A stretch of 64,000 nt of DNA from Myxococcales bacterium (GTDB lineage: Bacteria; Myxococcota_A; UBA9042; JABWCM01; BTVJ01). Under the pieces are notes generated by a model. It saw only the letters and a list, made by a program, of their open reading frames with translations, had not been told where the DNA came from and ran no database searches. Within the stretch, counting starts at the first letter, position 1. Every line of letters begins with the position of its first letter. Made by a program: the position numbers and the translations under genes. This document shows, piece after piece, positions 43,937 through 52,739 of this stretch. Location: NCBI GenBank assembly GCA_045863395.1, contig BTVJ01000012.1:32001-96000 (forward strand). Direction: 5' to 3'.

Positions 43937-45235
43937 ATGAAGAGAGCACACCTGACCCTGGCGCTCGTCCTGCTCGCCGCGTGCGCGGACGAAGAGGCAG
44001 AGGAGGTCGCCCAGTCCGCCGACGAGCTGGGCATCGGCGGCATCGACGACCTGAAGAGCGACGGTGGCTGGGGCCCCGCCCTGGAGTGCAAGCCCATCCC
44101 GGCCCTGGACCCCCTGCCCAACCCGAAGCTGGTGATCTCCCTCGACGGCCTCACCGCCCACCTGACCGACGAGACCACGGGCTTCGACAAGGTCTACCCG
44201 ATCGGGCCCGGCTCCATCGAGAAGGGCGTCTCCCTGACCCCCACCTCAGAGAAGGCCCCCGGCGGCGTGTTCTACGCGCGCCTCGACCAGCCCTCCCTCG
44301 CGGACAACGCCAACGGCACCATGCCGTGGGCCTACAGCTACTCCTGCCGCCGGTGGTGGAAGGACCCGGACACGGGCAAGAACATCCCCGTGTTCGCGGG
44401 CATGCCGTTCATCCGCCTGGAGGGGGCCCCCACCCTCGCCTACGCGCTCCACGGGCCCATCGACTCCTACACGCTCCCGAGCGGCGGCAAGCTGCGCCGT
44501 GGCTACGTCTCCCACGGCTGCGTGCGCATGGAGTCCGCCGACATCGTCGAGCTCTACGCGCTCATGAAGGGGCGCAAGGTCCCGGTGAAGGTCCAGAAGG
44601 CGGTGGAGCGCATCGAGGGCGTCGCGGTGGACGTGCCCCAGCGGTGGCTCCTCAGCGAGTGCGCCACCGACACGGACTGCAACTACGCGGGCGGCCTCTG
44701 CAAGCAGAACCCCTACACGGGCCGCGGCTACTGCACGTCCTACTGCAACAAGTACTGTGGTTTCGACAAGTTCGGCTACCCGGTCTCCTTCTGCGTGACG
44801 GACCCCGAGGACGACACGAAGGGCATCTGCACGCTGAAGGCAGAGGCTCTCAACAACGGCTGCGCCCGCTATCCGGGCATCATGAAGCACACAGGCGAGC
44901 CGCGCTTCGGCCAAGGCTCGGTCAAGGCCGACGTGTGCCTCCCAGGGACGGCCGGCTGGATCGGTGACCCCTGCTTCACGAACCTGGACTGCGGCCTCTC
45001 GAAGGGGCTGTGCGAGCTGGCGGGGGCAACGGAGGGCAAGCCCGGCCGCTGCACCATCCCTTGCACCAAGTCCTGCCCGGACAAGCCGGGCTACCCCACG
45101 ACCTTCTGCGTGGCGGGCCCCGCGGGCACGGGCCAGTGCGTGTCCAAGTGCACGGCCGACTGCGGCGCGGGGACCTGCACCGCGAACGTGCCCCGCTTCA
45201 ACCAGCCGTCGGTGACCGCCAGCGTCTGCCTCTGA
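43937..45235 (+). CDS. L,D-transpeptidase (YkuD)-domain lipoprotein with Cys-rich C-terminal repeats
   Basis: Lipobox LLAAC; YALHG..SHGCVRM catalytic motif; two C..N/D.DC..G.C..CT..C.K.C..DK.GYP..FCV repeats. Confidence 0.8.
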   Translation: MKRAHLTLALVLLAACADEEAEEVAQSADELGIGGIDDLKSDGGWGPALECKPIPALDPLPNPKLVISLDGLTAHLTDETTGFDKVYPIGPGSIEKGVSLTPTSEKAPGGVFYARLDQPSLADNANGTMPWAYSYSCRRWWKDPDTGKNIPVFAGMPFIRLEGAPTLAYALHGPIDSYTLPSGGKLRRGYVSHGCVRMESADIVELYALMKGRKVPVKVQKAVERIEGVAVDVPQRWLLSECATDTDCNYAGGLCKQNPYTGRGYCTSYCNKYCGFDKFGYPVSFCVTDPEDDTKGICTLKAEALNNGCARYPGIMKHTGEPRFGQGSVKADVCLPGTAGWIGDPCFTNLDCGLSKGLCELAGATEGKPGRCTIPCTKSCPDKPGYPTTFCVAGPAGTGQCVSKCTADCGAGTCTANVPRFNQPSVTASVCL

Positions 45236-45351
45236 CGCTTCCCCTTTTCGTCGCGTCGTCTATAATCGGGCGCCCTGGACCCGAGGGCCCCGCCGCACGA
45301 GCGGCGGGCACTCGAGCGCCAGGACCACCCCCGGCACAAGGAGCCCACCCC

Positions 45352-46329
45352 TTGGCAGAGATGAACATCATCCAGGCCGTCAACGACGCGCTGCGCGTGG
45401 CCATGCGCGCCGACGAGCGGGTCGTCGTGCTCGGCGAGGACGTGGGCCGCTTCGGCGGCGTGTTCCGCGCGACGCTCGGCCTGCAGGAGGAGTTCGGCGA
45501 GGACCGTGTCATCGACACGCCGCTGGCGGAGGCCGGCATCATCGGCAGCGCCATCGGCATGTCCATGAACGGCCTGCGCCCGGTGCCGGAGATCCAGTTC
45601 GCGGACTTCATCTTCCCTGCCTTCGATCAGATCGTGAACGAGCTCGCCAAGATGCGCTACCGCTCGGGCGGGGGCTTCACCTGCCCCGTCACGATTCGCA
45701 CGCCCTTCGGCGGGGGCATCCGGGGCGGCCACTACCACTCCCAGAGCCCCGAGGCCCTGTTCTGCCACACACCCGGCCTGAAGGTCGTGGTGCCGTCGAC
45801 GCCCTACGACGCCAAGGGGCTGCTGCTCGCGTCCATCCGCGACGAGGACCCGGTGATCTTCTTCGAGCCCAAGCGGGTCTACCGGGCTGCTCGGGGCGAG
45901 GTCCCGGAGGGGGCGGACTACGAGGTGCCCCTCGGCGTGGCCCGCGTGGCGGTCGAGGGAGACGACGTGACCATCCTGAGCTACGGCGCCATGGTCCACA
46001 CCTGCCTGGAGGCGGTGGAGGCCATCCGGGCCGCCGGGATCTCCCCGGAGATCATCGACCTGCGCAGCCTCGTGCCGCTGGACGTCGACGCCATCGAGGC
46101 GTCCGTCCGCAAGACCGGCCGCTGCGTCGTCGTCACGGAGGCACCCCGCACGTGCGGCTTCGCCAGCGAGCTGTCGGCGCTCGTCCAGGAGCGCTGCTTC
46201 CTGCACCTGGAGGCCCCCGTGCGCCGGGTGACGGGCTTCGACACTCCGTTCCCGTACTCGCTGGAGCACCAGTACCTCCCCGACCCCGCGCGCGTGGCGC
46301 TGGCCGTGGAGGAGACGCTCAACTACTGA
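45352..46329 (+). CDS. 2-oxoacid dehydrogenase E1 beta subunit (branched-chain/pyruvate type)
   Basis: GEDVG..GGVFR, DTPLAE, EIQFADF, HSQSPE; TTG start after AAGGAG; TATAAT at 45261. Confidence 0.93.
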   Translation: MAEMNIIQAVNDALRVAMRADERVVVLGEDVGRFGGVFRATLGLQEEFGEDRVIDTPLAEAGIIGSAIGMSMNGLRPVPEIQFADFIFPAFDQIVNELAKMRYRSGGGFTCPVTIRTPFGGGIRGGHYHSQSPEALFCHTPGLKVVVPSTPYDAKGLLLASIRDEDPVIFFEPKRVYRAARGEVPEGADYEVPLGVARVAVEGDDVTILSYGAMVHTCLEAVEAIRAAGISPEIIDLRSLVPLDVDAIEASVRKTGRCVVVTEAPRTCGFASELSALVQERCFLHLEAPVRRVTGFDTPFPYSLEHQYLPDPARVALAVEETLNY

Positions 46330-46378
46330 ACTGTCTGATCCTTCGCCGGCGCGACCGGCGTTCGGCCCTGGAGGCACC

Positions 46379-47734
46379 ATGGACTTCGAGTTCAAGCTAC
46401 CGGACATCGGCGAGGGCATCACCGAAGGCGAGATCGTCGCATGGCACGTCAAGGAGGGCGACCCCATCAAGGAGGACGACGCTCTGGTCGACGTGATGAC
46501 CGACAAGGCGACGGTCACCATCTCGTCGCCCAAGAGCGGGACCATCAAGCAGCGGCGCTTTGCCGAGGGAGCCATGGCGCCCGTCGGCGATGTGCTCGTG
46601 GTCATCGCGTTGGGCGGCGCCGAGGCCCCGAAGGTCGCGGCGCAGAGCCCTGCCCCGTCCCCTGCAGCGGCGCCGGCGGCTCGGGCGACGGCACCGGCGG
46701 CGCGGGAGCCCCAGGCTGCCCCGCCCGCGGCGCCGACGCGGAGCCCCGAGCCACAGGCGCCCCCCGCAGCAGCGAGGAGCGCCGCGCCAGCCGCAGCCCC
46801 GCCCGCTCCCGCCGCCCCGGCCCTCGACCAGCCCACGGCTCCGACCCTGGCGACCCCCGCCACCCGGCGCCTTGCCCGAGAGCTCAACGTGGACATCCAC
46901 GACGTGAACGGCACGGGCAAGGGCGGGCGCATCACCAAGGAGGACGTCCTCGCCTTCGCAGCCGCGCCGCGCAAGGCGCCCGCCCAGGCTGCCCCCGCGG
47001 GTGCCGCCTCCGTCCCGCCGGATCCCCAGGGCCGCGAGGAGCGCACCCCGCTCCGGGGGCTCCGCCGCCGCATCCACGCCAAGATGACCGTCGCCAAGCA
47101 CACGGCCGCCCACTTCCACTACGTGGACGAGGTGGACATGACAGCCCTTGTCGCCTTGCGTGACCGCACGAAGGCGCGGGCCGAGCGGAGCGGCGTCAAG
47201 CTGACCTTCCTGCCGTTCTTCGTGAAGGCGGCGGTGGCGGCCCTCAAGGAGCACCCCCTGGTCAACAGCGCCATGGACGACAGCACAGAAGAGATCGTGC
47301 TCCGCAAGTACTACGACATCGGCATCGCGGCGGCGACGGAGGCCGGCCTGGTCGTCCCGGTGGTCCACGACGCGGACCGCAAGAGCATCTATGACATCGC
47401 CCGCGACATCGACCGGCTGGCGGAGAAGGCCCGCGACGGCAAGCTGGACCGCGAGGACGTCACCGGCAGCACCTTCACCATCACGAGCCTCGGCAAGCTG
47501 GGCGGCATGTTCGCGACGCCCATCGTGAACCACCCGGAGGTCGCGATCCTCGGCATCCACAAGATCGAGAAGCGCCCGGTCGTGATCGGTGACCAGGTAG
47601 TCATCCGGGAGCGCATGTACCTCTCGTCGAGCTTCGACCACCGCGTCGTGGACGGACATGTGGGCGCCGCCTTCGTGCAGCGCGTCAAGGAGCTCCTGGA
47701 GGAGCCCGAGTCCCTGCTGCTGGAGATGGCGTGA
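46379..47734 (+). CDS. Dihydrolipoamide acyltransferase E2 (single lipoyl domain)
   Basis: LPDIGEGI, MTDKA, ATPATRRLARE, GTGKGGRI, DHRVVDG. Confidence 0.95.
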   Translation: MDFEFKLPDIGEGITEGEIVAWHVKEGDPIKEDDALVDVMTDKATVTISSPKSGTIKQRRFAEGAMAPVGDVLVVIALGGAEAPKVAAQSPAPSPAAAPAARATAPAAREPQAAPPAAPTRSPEPQAPPAAARSAAPAAAPPAPAAPALDQPTAPTLATPATRRLARELNVDIHDVNGTGKGGRITKEDVLAFAAAPRKAPAQAAPAGAASVPPDPQGREERTPLRGLRRRIHAKMTVAKHTAAHFHYVDEVDMTALVALRDRTKARAERSGVKLTFLPFFVKAAVAALKEHPLVNSAMDDSTEEIVLRKYYDIGIAAATEAGLVVPVVHDADRKSIYDIARDIDRLAEKARDGKLDREDVTGSTFTITSLGKLGGMFATPIVNHPEVAILGIHKIEKRPVVIGDQVVIRERMYLSSSFDHRVVDGHVGAAFVQRVKELLEEPESLLLEMA

Positions 47735-48876
47735 TGTCCAAGGTGGCGAAGACGGCGAAGGCGGCGAAGACGGCGCCCGAGGACCCGGCCCTCGGCCTCG
47801 CGCGCATCCTCGACGACGAGGGGCGCCTGGTCGGCACGCGCCCGGCCGGCCTCACGGACGCCGAGCTGCTCCGCATGTACCGCGCCATGCGCTTCCAGCG
47901 GCTGGTGGACGAGCGCATGCTCACGCTCCAGCGCCAGGGCCGCATCGGCTTCTACGGCGCCGCCACCGGCCAGGAGGCGGCGGTCATCGCCAGCGGCATC
48001 GTCTTCGAGCCCCGGGACTGGATCTTCCCGGCGCTCCGGGAGGGCGGCGTGGCCCTGCTGCGCGGTCACCCGTTCGATCAGTACGTGGCGCAGCTCTTCG
48101 GCAACCGCCACGACGCCGTCAAGGGCCGCCAGATGCCGTGCCACTACAGCGACGCGGCGGCCCACTACGTCTCCCTGTCGAGCCCCATCGCGACGCAGCT
48201 CCCCCAGGCGGTCGGCGCAGCCCACGCAGCGAAGCTGCGCAAGACGGGCGCCGTGGTCATCGGGTACATGGGCGACGGCGCGACCAGCGAGGGTGACTTC
48301 CACGTCGCCATGAACTTCGCGACGGTCTACACGCTGCCGGTCGTGCTGTTCTGCGCCAACAACCAGTGGGCGATCAGCGTGCCGTGGGACCGCCAGACCG
48401 CGTCGGAGACCATCGCCATCAAGGCGCGGGCCTACGGCATGGAGGGGGTCCGGGTGGATGGCAACGACGCCCTGGCCGTGTGGGAGGCCACGCGGCGCGC
48501 GGCGGACAAGGCGCGCAGGGGCGAGGGCCCCACCTTCATCGAGGCGCTCACGTACCGGGTCGGGGCGCACTCGACCAGCGACGACCCATCCCGCTACCGC
48601 GACGAGTCGATCACCGAGCAGTGGAAGAAGAGGGACCCCATCGCCCGCCTGCGCCGCTTCCTGATGGACAGCGACCTCTGGACCGACGCGGCGGAGGCCG
48701 CCTTCGTGGAGGAGCAGGAGGCGCTGATCCGCAGGACCGTGGAGGAGCAGGAGGCGCTCCCCGGCCCCGAAGTCCGCACCCTCTTCGACGACGTCTACGC
48801 GGAGCCGCTCCGCCCCCAGCGGGAGCAGCGGGCCGAGCTGCTGCGCTCCCTGGCAGCCATCGGGCCCCACCGCTGA
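47734..48876 (+). CDS. 2-oxoacid dehydrogenase E1 alpha subunit
   Basis: QRQGRIGFY, KGRQMPCHY, GDGATSEGDFH..NN TPP motif, HSTSDDP. Confidence 0.94.
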   Translation: MSKVAKTAKAAKTAPEDPALGLARILDDEGRLVGTRPAGLTDAELLRMYRAMRFQRLVDERMLTLQRQGRIGFYGAATGQEAAVIASGIVFEPRDWIFPALREGGVALLRGHPFDQYVAQLFGNRHDAVKGRQMPCHYSDAAAHYVSLSSPIATQLPQAVGAAHAAKLRKTGAVVIGYMGDGATSEGDFHVAMNFATVYTLPVVLFCANNQWAISVPWDRQTASETIAIKARAYGMEGVRVDGNDALAVWEATRRAADKARRGEGPTFIEALTYRVGAHSTSDDPSRYRDESITEQWKKRDPIARLRRFLMDSDLWTDAAEAAFVEEQEALIRRTVEEQEALPGPEVRTLFDDVYAEPLRPQREQRAELLRSLAAIGPHR

Positions 48877-48990
48877 GGCCCGTCGCATCAGGGTCACCGG
48901 CGGGAACATTCCGAGTTGACACGTGGCTTGAACCCTACGATGCTCCGCCCGACGCTCGGGGCCCCGACGCCCCCGGAGGATGACACCGTG

Positions 48991-49530
48991 ATGACCGAAC
49001 GAAAGCTCCCCCTGACCGCCCTCGACACCCTGGAGCACGCGATCCAGACCGACCCCGGCTTCCCGGAGGACCTGCGCAACAACGTGTTCACCACGAAGCT
49101 GAGCACGCTGGTCAACTGGGCCCGCAAGTTCTCGTTGTTCCAGTACCCGTTCGTGACGGCGTGCTGCGGCATGGAGTACATGGCCGCCAACTGCGCCCAC
49201 TGGGACGTTGCCCGCTTCGGAGCCGAGGTGCCGCGCTTCTCGCCGCGCCAGAGCGACGTGCTGTGGATCGTGGGGACCATCACCCACAAGAACGCCCCCA
49301 TCCTGCGCCGCGTCTACGCCCAGATGTGCGAGCCGAAGTGGGTCATCGCCTTCGGGGTCTGCGCGAGCACGGGCGGCTTCTACGACAACTACGCGACGGT
49401 GCCGGGCGCCGACCACATCGTCCCGGTGGACGTCTACATCCCCGGCTGCCCTCCCCGCCCGGAGCAGGTGCTCGACGCGGTGCTCTACCTGCAAGAGAAG
49501 ATCGCGCGCCAGCCGGCCAACATCACGTAG
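48991..49530 (+). CDS. nuoB: NADH-quinone oxidoreductase subunit B
   Basis: TACCGME, SPRQSD, PKWVIAFGVCASTGG, PVDVYIPGCPPRPE. Confidence 0.92.
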   Translation: MTERKLPLTALDTLEHAIQTDPGFPEDLRNNVFTTKLSTLVNWARKFSLFQYPFVTACCGMEYMAANCAHWDVARFGAEVPRFSPRQSDVLWIVGTITHKNAPILRRVYAQMCEPKWVIAFGVCASTGGFYDNYATVPGADHIVPVDVYIPGCPPRPEQVLDAVLYLQEKIARQPANIT

Positions 49531-49597
49531 ACGACAGCGGTTCCCAAGCGCCCGTGGACCGTGTATCCTCCGGGCTCGCGCCGCACGTGGAGGGCTC

Positions 49598-50236
49598 ATG
49601 ATCGATCTCCGCACATTCTCGTTCATCGACTCGCTGCAGCCGCAGCTCGCCTCGTTCATCGCGACCGTCGCGCGGGGGTTCCTGCCCCTGGAGGGCCAGG
49701 CGGCGCTGATCGTCGAGGTCGCCCCGGGCATGTCCATCAACGTGGTGACCGACACGGTGCTCAAGGCGACGACCGTCATCCCCGGCATGCAGATCGTCGA
49801 GCGCGCCTACGGGATGCTGGAGGTCCACGCCACGGACCAGGGCATGGTGCGCGAGGCCGGGGCCCGCATCCTCGACTACTTCGAGATTCAAGAGAACGCC
49901 CGGCTCCAGCCGCGCATCGTCTCGGCGCAGGTGATCACCGGCATCGAGAACTACCACACGATGCTGATCAACCGCATGAGGCACGGCAACGTGATCCTCA
50001 CCGGCCAGACCATGTACATCCTTGAGGTCCACCCCGCCGGCTACGCCGTCATCGCCGCCAACGAGGCCGAGAAGGCCGCGAAGATCGAGCTGCTGGAGAT
50101 GATCTCCTACGGCGCCTACGGGCGGCTGTGGCTCGGCGGCTACGAAGAGGACATCGCCCAGGCGGCCAACGCCATCGAGAAGGTCCTCGGCTCCATCGAA
50201 GGCCGCCCCAACAAGGGCGTCAGCTCCGCGTACTGA
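49598..50236 (+). CDS. Bacterial microcompartment shell protein, BMC-T (CcmP-like double-stacking trimer)
   Basis: LRTFSFIDSLQPQLA, EVAPG, QIVERAYG..EVH..DQG, LEVHPAGYA..AANEAEKAA, YGAYGRLWLGG. Confidence 0.92.
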   Translation: MIDLRTFSFIDSLQPQLASFIATVARGFLPLEGQAALIVEVAPGMSINVVTDTVLKATTVIPGMQIVERAYGMLEVHATDQGMVREAGARILDYFEIQENARLQPRIVSAQVITGIENYHTMLINRMRHGNVILTGQTMYILEVHPAGYAVIAANEAEKAAKIELLEMISYGAYGRLWLGGYEEDIAQAANAIEKVLGSIEGRPNKGVSSAY

Positions 50237-51523
50237 TCACCTCAGTAGCCTGGCCGCGACTCCCCGCGCCTCATCCCGGCGCTCCGGCTCCACATAGAGC
50301 CTCACGAGCACCGTCGGCTCCGCATAGCGACGGAACAGCGAGGTCGCGTCCTCCAGCGGGACGACGGCGGGCCCGAGCAGGGAGTCGTCGCGTCGCACCC
50401 AGATGCGCGGGCGGTCGCCAGCGGCGCCGAAGTACCGTGAGAGCACGCCCCGGGACGTGATCCACTCGGGGGCCATGCCGCGGGCACGCAGCGCCGCATC
50501 CAGCGCGTCACGGTGCGCCGCCTCGCCCGCCTCGTCCAGGTCCACCACCCGCTTGAGGGGGAGCTCCCGCTGGAGCACCCGCGCAGCCCAGCGGTCCCCA
50601 GCGTGCTCCCTGAGCAGCGCCCAGACCGAGGTGTCGTCGCAGCGCGCATAGGCGGCCGGATCCGCAGGGAACCGCGCGCCAGCGTCCAGGCCCGCGACGA
50701 ACCGCAGGAACATGCGGTCGTAGACGTTGGTCCGCGGGTGGAAGTAGACCATCACGAACATATGCAGCCGCGACAGCAGGAAGTCCTCGAAGGACAGGAG
50801 CGCCCGCTCCCGCAGCGCGAGCTCGGCTCGCCCCTCCGACAGGTGGTGGTCGAGGCCGCCGAGCAGCCAGTCCAGGTCGAAGCGCCCGTAGGGGACCCCG
50901 CTGAACGTGGAGTCGCGCAGCAGGTAGTCCATGCGGTCCACGTCCAGCTCGCTGGACACGAGCTGCCCGAGCAGAGGACGCCAGTCGGCGCCGCCGACGG
51001 CGTAGACCTGCGGATCCAGCGCCATGTGGCGGTCGATGAGGGCCGCGACGTGCCGCCGCTCGATGCCCTGGCCGGCAAACGTCGCGTCGATGGCGTCGCC
51101 CAGCTCGCCGTGCAGCAGCAGAAGGAGGGTCATGTCCTCGTGGCTGGCGTGGGAGCCGCTCCGCCCCTGCGCCACGTCCGCCGGCAGGGACTCCAGCGGC
51201 GGCAGCATGGCCTCCGCGGTGTGCGAGAGCGGCGGGTGCCCGACGTCGTGCAGCAGCGCGGCGAGGCGCACCGCCTGACGCAGCCGCGCCCGCTCGGCGC
51301 CGAGGTCCGCGCGCACGGTTGCGACGTCGAAGGCGCGCCCCGCGACGTGCATGGCCCCGAGGCCGTGCAGGTAGCGCGTATGGGTCGCCCCGGGGAAGGT
51401 CATCTCCCCGAAGCCGAGCTGCTTGACGTGGCGCAGGCGCTGGTACGCAGCGCAATCGACGACGCGCCGCTCACCCTCGGAGAGCTGGATGGGGCCGTGC
51501 ACCGGGTCTCGGATCTCAACCAT
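50237..51523 (-). CDS. HD-domain dNTP triphosphohydrolase-like protein (SAMHD1-like)
   Basis: IRDPVHG, QRLRHVKQLG, FPGATHTR..H, LLHDVGH, HE, LDVDRMDYLLRD. Confidence 0.9.
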   Translation of the reverse strand: MVEIRDPVHGPIQLSEGERRVVDCAAYQRLRHVKQLGFGEMTFPGATHTRYLHGLGAMHVAGRAFDVATVRADLGAERARLRQAVRLAALLHDVGHPPLSHTAEAMLPPLESLPADVAQGRSGSHASHEDMTLLLLLHGELGDAIDATFAGQGIERRHVAALIDRHMALDPQVYAVGGADWRPLLGQLVSSELDVDRMDYLLRDSTFSGVPYGRFDLDWLLGGLDHHLSEGRAELALRERALLSFEDFLLSRLHMFVMVYFHPRTNVYDRMFLRFVAGLDAGARFPADPAAYARCDDTSVWALLREHAGDRWAARVLQRELPLKRVVDLDEAGEAAHRDALDAALRARGMAPEWITSRGVLSRYFGAAGDRPRIWVRRDDSLLGPAVVPLEDATSLFRRYAEPTVLVRLYVEPERRDEARGVAARLLR

Positions 51524-51570
51524 GGCGCGAGCCTACCCGAGCGCCGCCCTCAACGCCACCCCAACGGCGC

Positions 51571-51978
51571 TCAGACGACGACCAGATCCGCGTCGTCCCC
51601 CGCGCGCCGCAAGATGGTTGGCAGCCCCAGCACGTCGTCGACCACGGCCAGCACGTCAGCCAACGCGAGCCCCGCCAGCTCGACGGAGCCGCTGCACGCG
51701 TAGACTCGCGCCCCGAGCCCCCGAGCGTCCCGCAGGAGCCGCGTCGGCGGCGCCGGGTGCCGCTCGTGGCCCACGGTCAGCGCGGCGGCGACCTCCACGC
51801 CCAGCCCCTCCAGGGCAGGCTGGTCCGCCCGCCCCGTGACGAGGGCCCACAGCGCTCCCTGAAACAGAACGATGGTGGTTGGCCTGCCCATGGCCGCAGC
51901 GGTGGCCGCCAGGGCGAGCCCGTGGTGCAGCCGGTCCGTGCGGGGGTCGAGGAGCTGAATGACGAGGCTTCGTGCCAT
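51571..51978 (-). CDS. DsrE/DsrF-like (peroxiredoxin-family) protein
   Basis: LAATAAAMG, LLRDARGLGARVYACSGS. Confidence 0.7.
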   Translation of the reverse strand: MARSLVIQLLDPRTDRLHHGLALAATAAAMGRPTTIVLFQGALWALVTGRADQPALEGLGVEVAAALTVGHERHPAPPTRLLRDARGLGARVYACSGSVELAGLALADVLAVVDDVLGLPTILRRAGDDADLVVV

Positions 51979-51984
51979 CTGAAA

Positions 51985-52015
51985 CGACAAAGCCCTCACC
52001 GCACGCGATGAGGGC
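51985..52015 (-). terminator. Intrinsic terminator downstream of tRNA-Cys
   Basis: GCCCTCA..TGAGGGC hairpin followed by TTTGTCGTTT on the - strand. Confidence 0.6.
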
Positions 52016-52033
52016 CTCTGTTCGGGGACTGTC

Positions 52034-52108
<75 letters not shown>

Positions 52109-52126
52109 ATCTCAAAGAGCACGGGG

Positions 52127-52155
52127 TTTATAGCTGCGCCGCGGCGCAGTGTCAA
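52127..52155 (-). promoter_or_regulatory. Strong sigma70 promoter of tRNA-Cys
   Basis: TTGACA-N17-TATAAA. Confidence 0.8.
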
Positions 52156-52163
52156 TCCAAAAC

Positions 52164-52730
52164 CTAGAGAGAACACACCTCGACGCGCCACCGGGATGGG
52201 TCATCGTCGAGCCGCCTGAGCTGCAGCGGCACGGGCATCCGCCGGCTGCTGTGGATGAACAGCTTGCAGGTCGTATCCCGCGGCGAGACCACCGGCGGGC
52301 GACGGTCCGTGATCTGGAAGGTGTCACACCGGCCGCTCGCGTCCAGGTACTCGCGGTGGTTCTTGCGGAGCTGCTTCCACTGGAACGCGCGCAGCGAGCT
52401 CAGCGCCCGCGGGCCGTCCAAGGCGGCTGGGTGCATCAGCAGGGTGAAGCGCTCGAAGCCGGCCTCCGAGTCAGCCATGGCTGCCGCGGTGAACAGCTCG
52501 AAGAGCAGCTCCTCTGGGGTCGCCGGATCGATCACAGGGGCCGGCGCTGCCGTGGGCTCGCTGGTGCCGAGGTCCCGCGCCGGGACCGGCACGTCGGGCG
52601 CCGGGTCCGGCCGGTGTTCGGGACTCGCGGCGGCCGACCGAAGGGCCGCCACCTCGCCCCGCAACAGCCCCACCTCGACACTCAGTGCCTCGATGCGTGC
52701 CATCAGGTCTGCGTTGGTCGGTCTCGCCAC
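52164..52730 (-). CDS. Hypothetical protein (N-terminal coiled coil, Pro-rich linker, globular C-terminus)
   Basis: Fills the gap between the S41 gene and the tRNA promoter, same strand, GAGGG upstream. Confidence 0.65.
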   Translation of the reverse strand: MARPTNADLMARIEALSVEVGLLRGEVAALRSAAASPEHRPDPAPDVPVPARDLGTSEPTAAPAPVIDPATPEELLFELFTAAAMADSEAGFERFTLLMHPAALDGPRALSSLRAFQWKQLRKNHREYLDASGRCDTFQITDRRPPVVSPRDTTCKLFIHSSRRMPVPLQLRRLDDDPSRWRVEVCSL

Positions 52731-52739
52731 CCAGGCCCT

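Noticed and set aside
48916..48944. TTGACA upstream of nuoB as a promoter
   Set aside because: The best -10 (TACGAT) is only 14 nt away, so the spacing is not convincing.
50237..51523. HD dNTPase as an anti-phage nucleotide-depletion system
   Set aside because: No defence-island context; housekeeping SAMHD1-like homologues are common.
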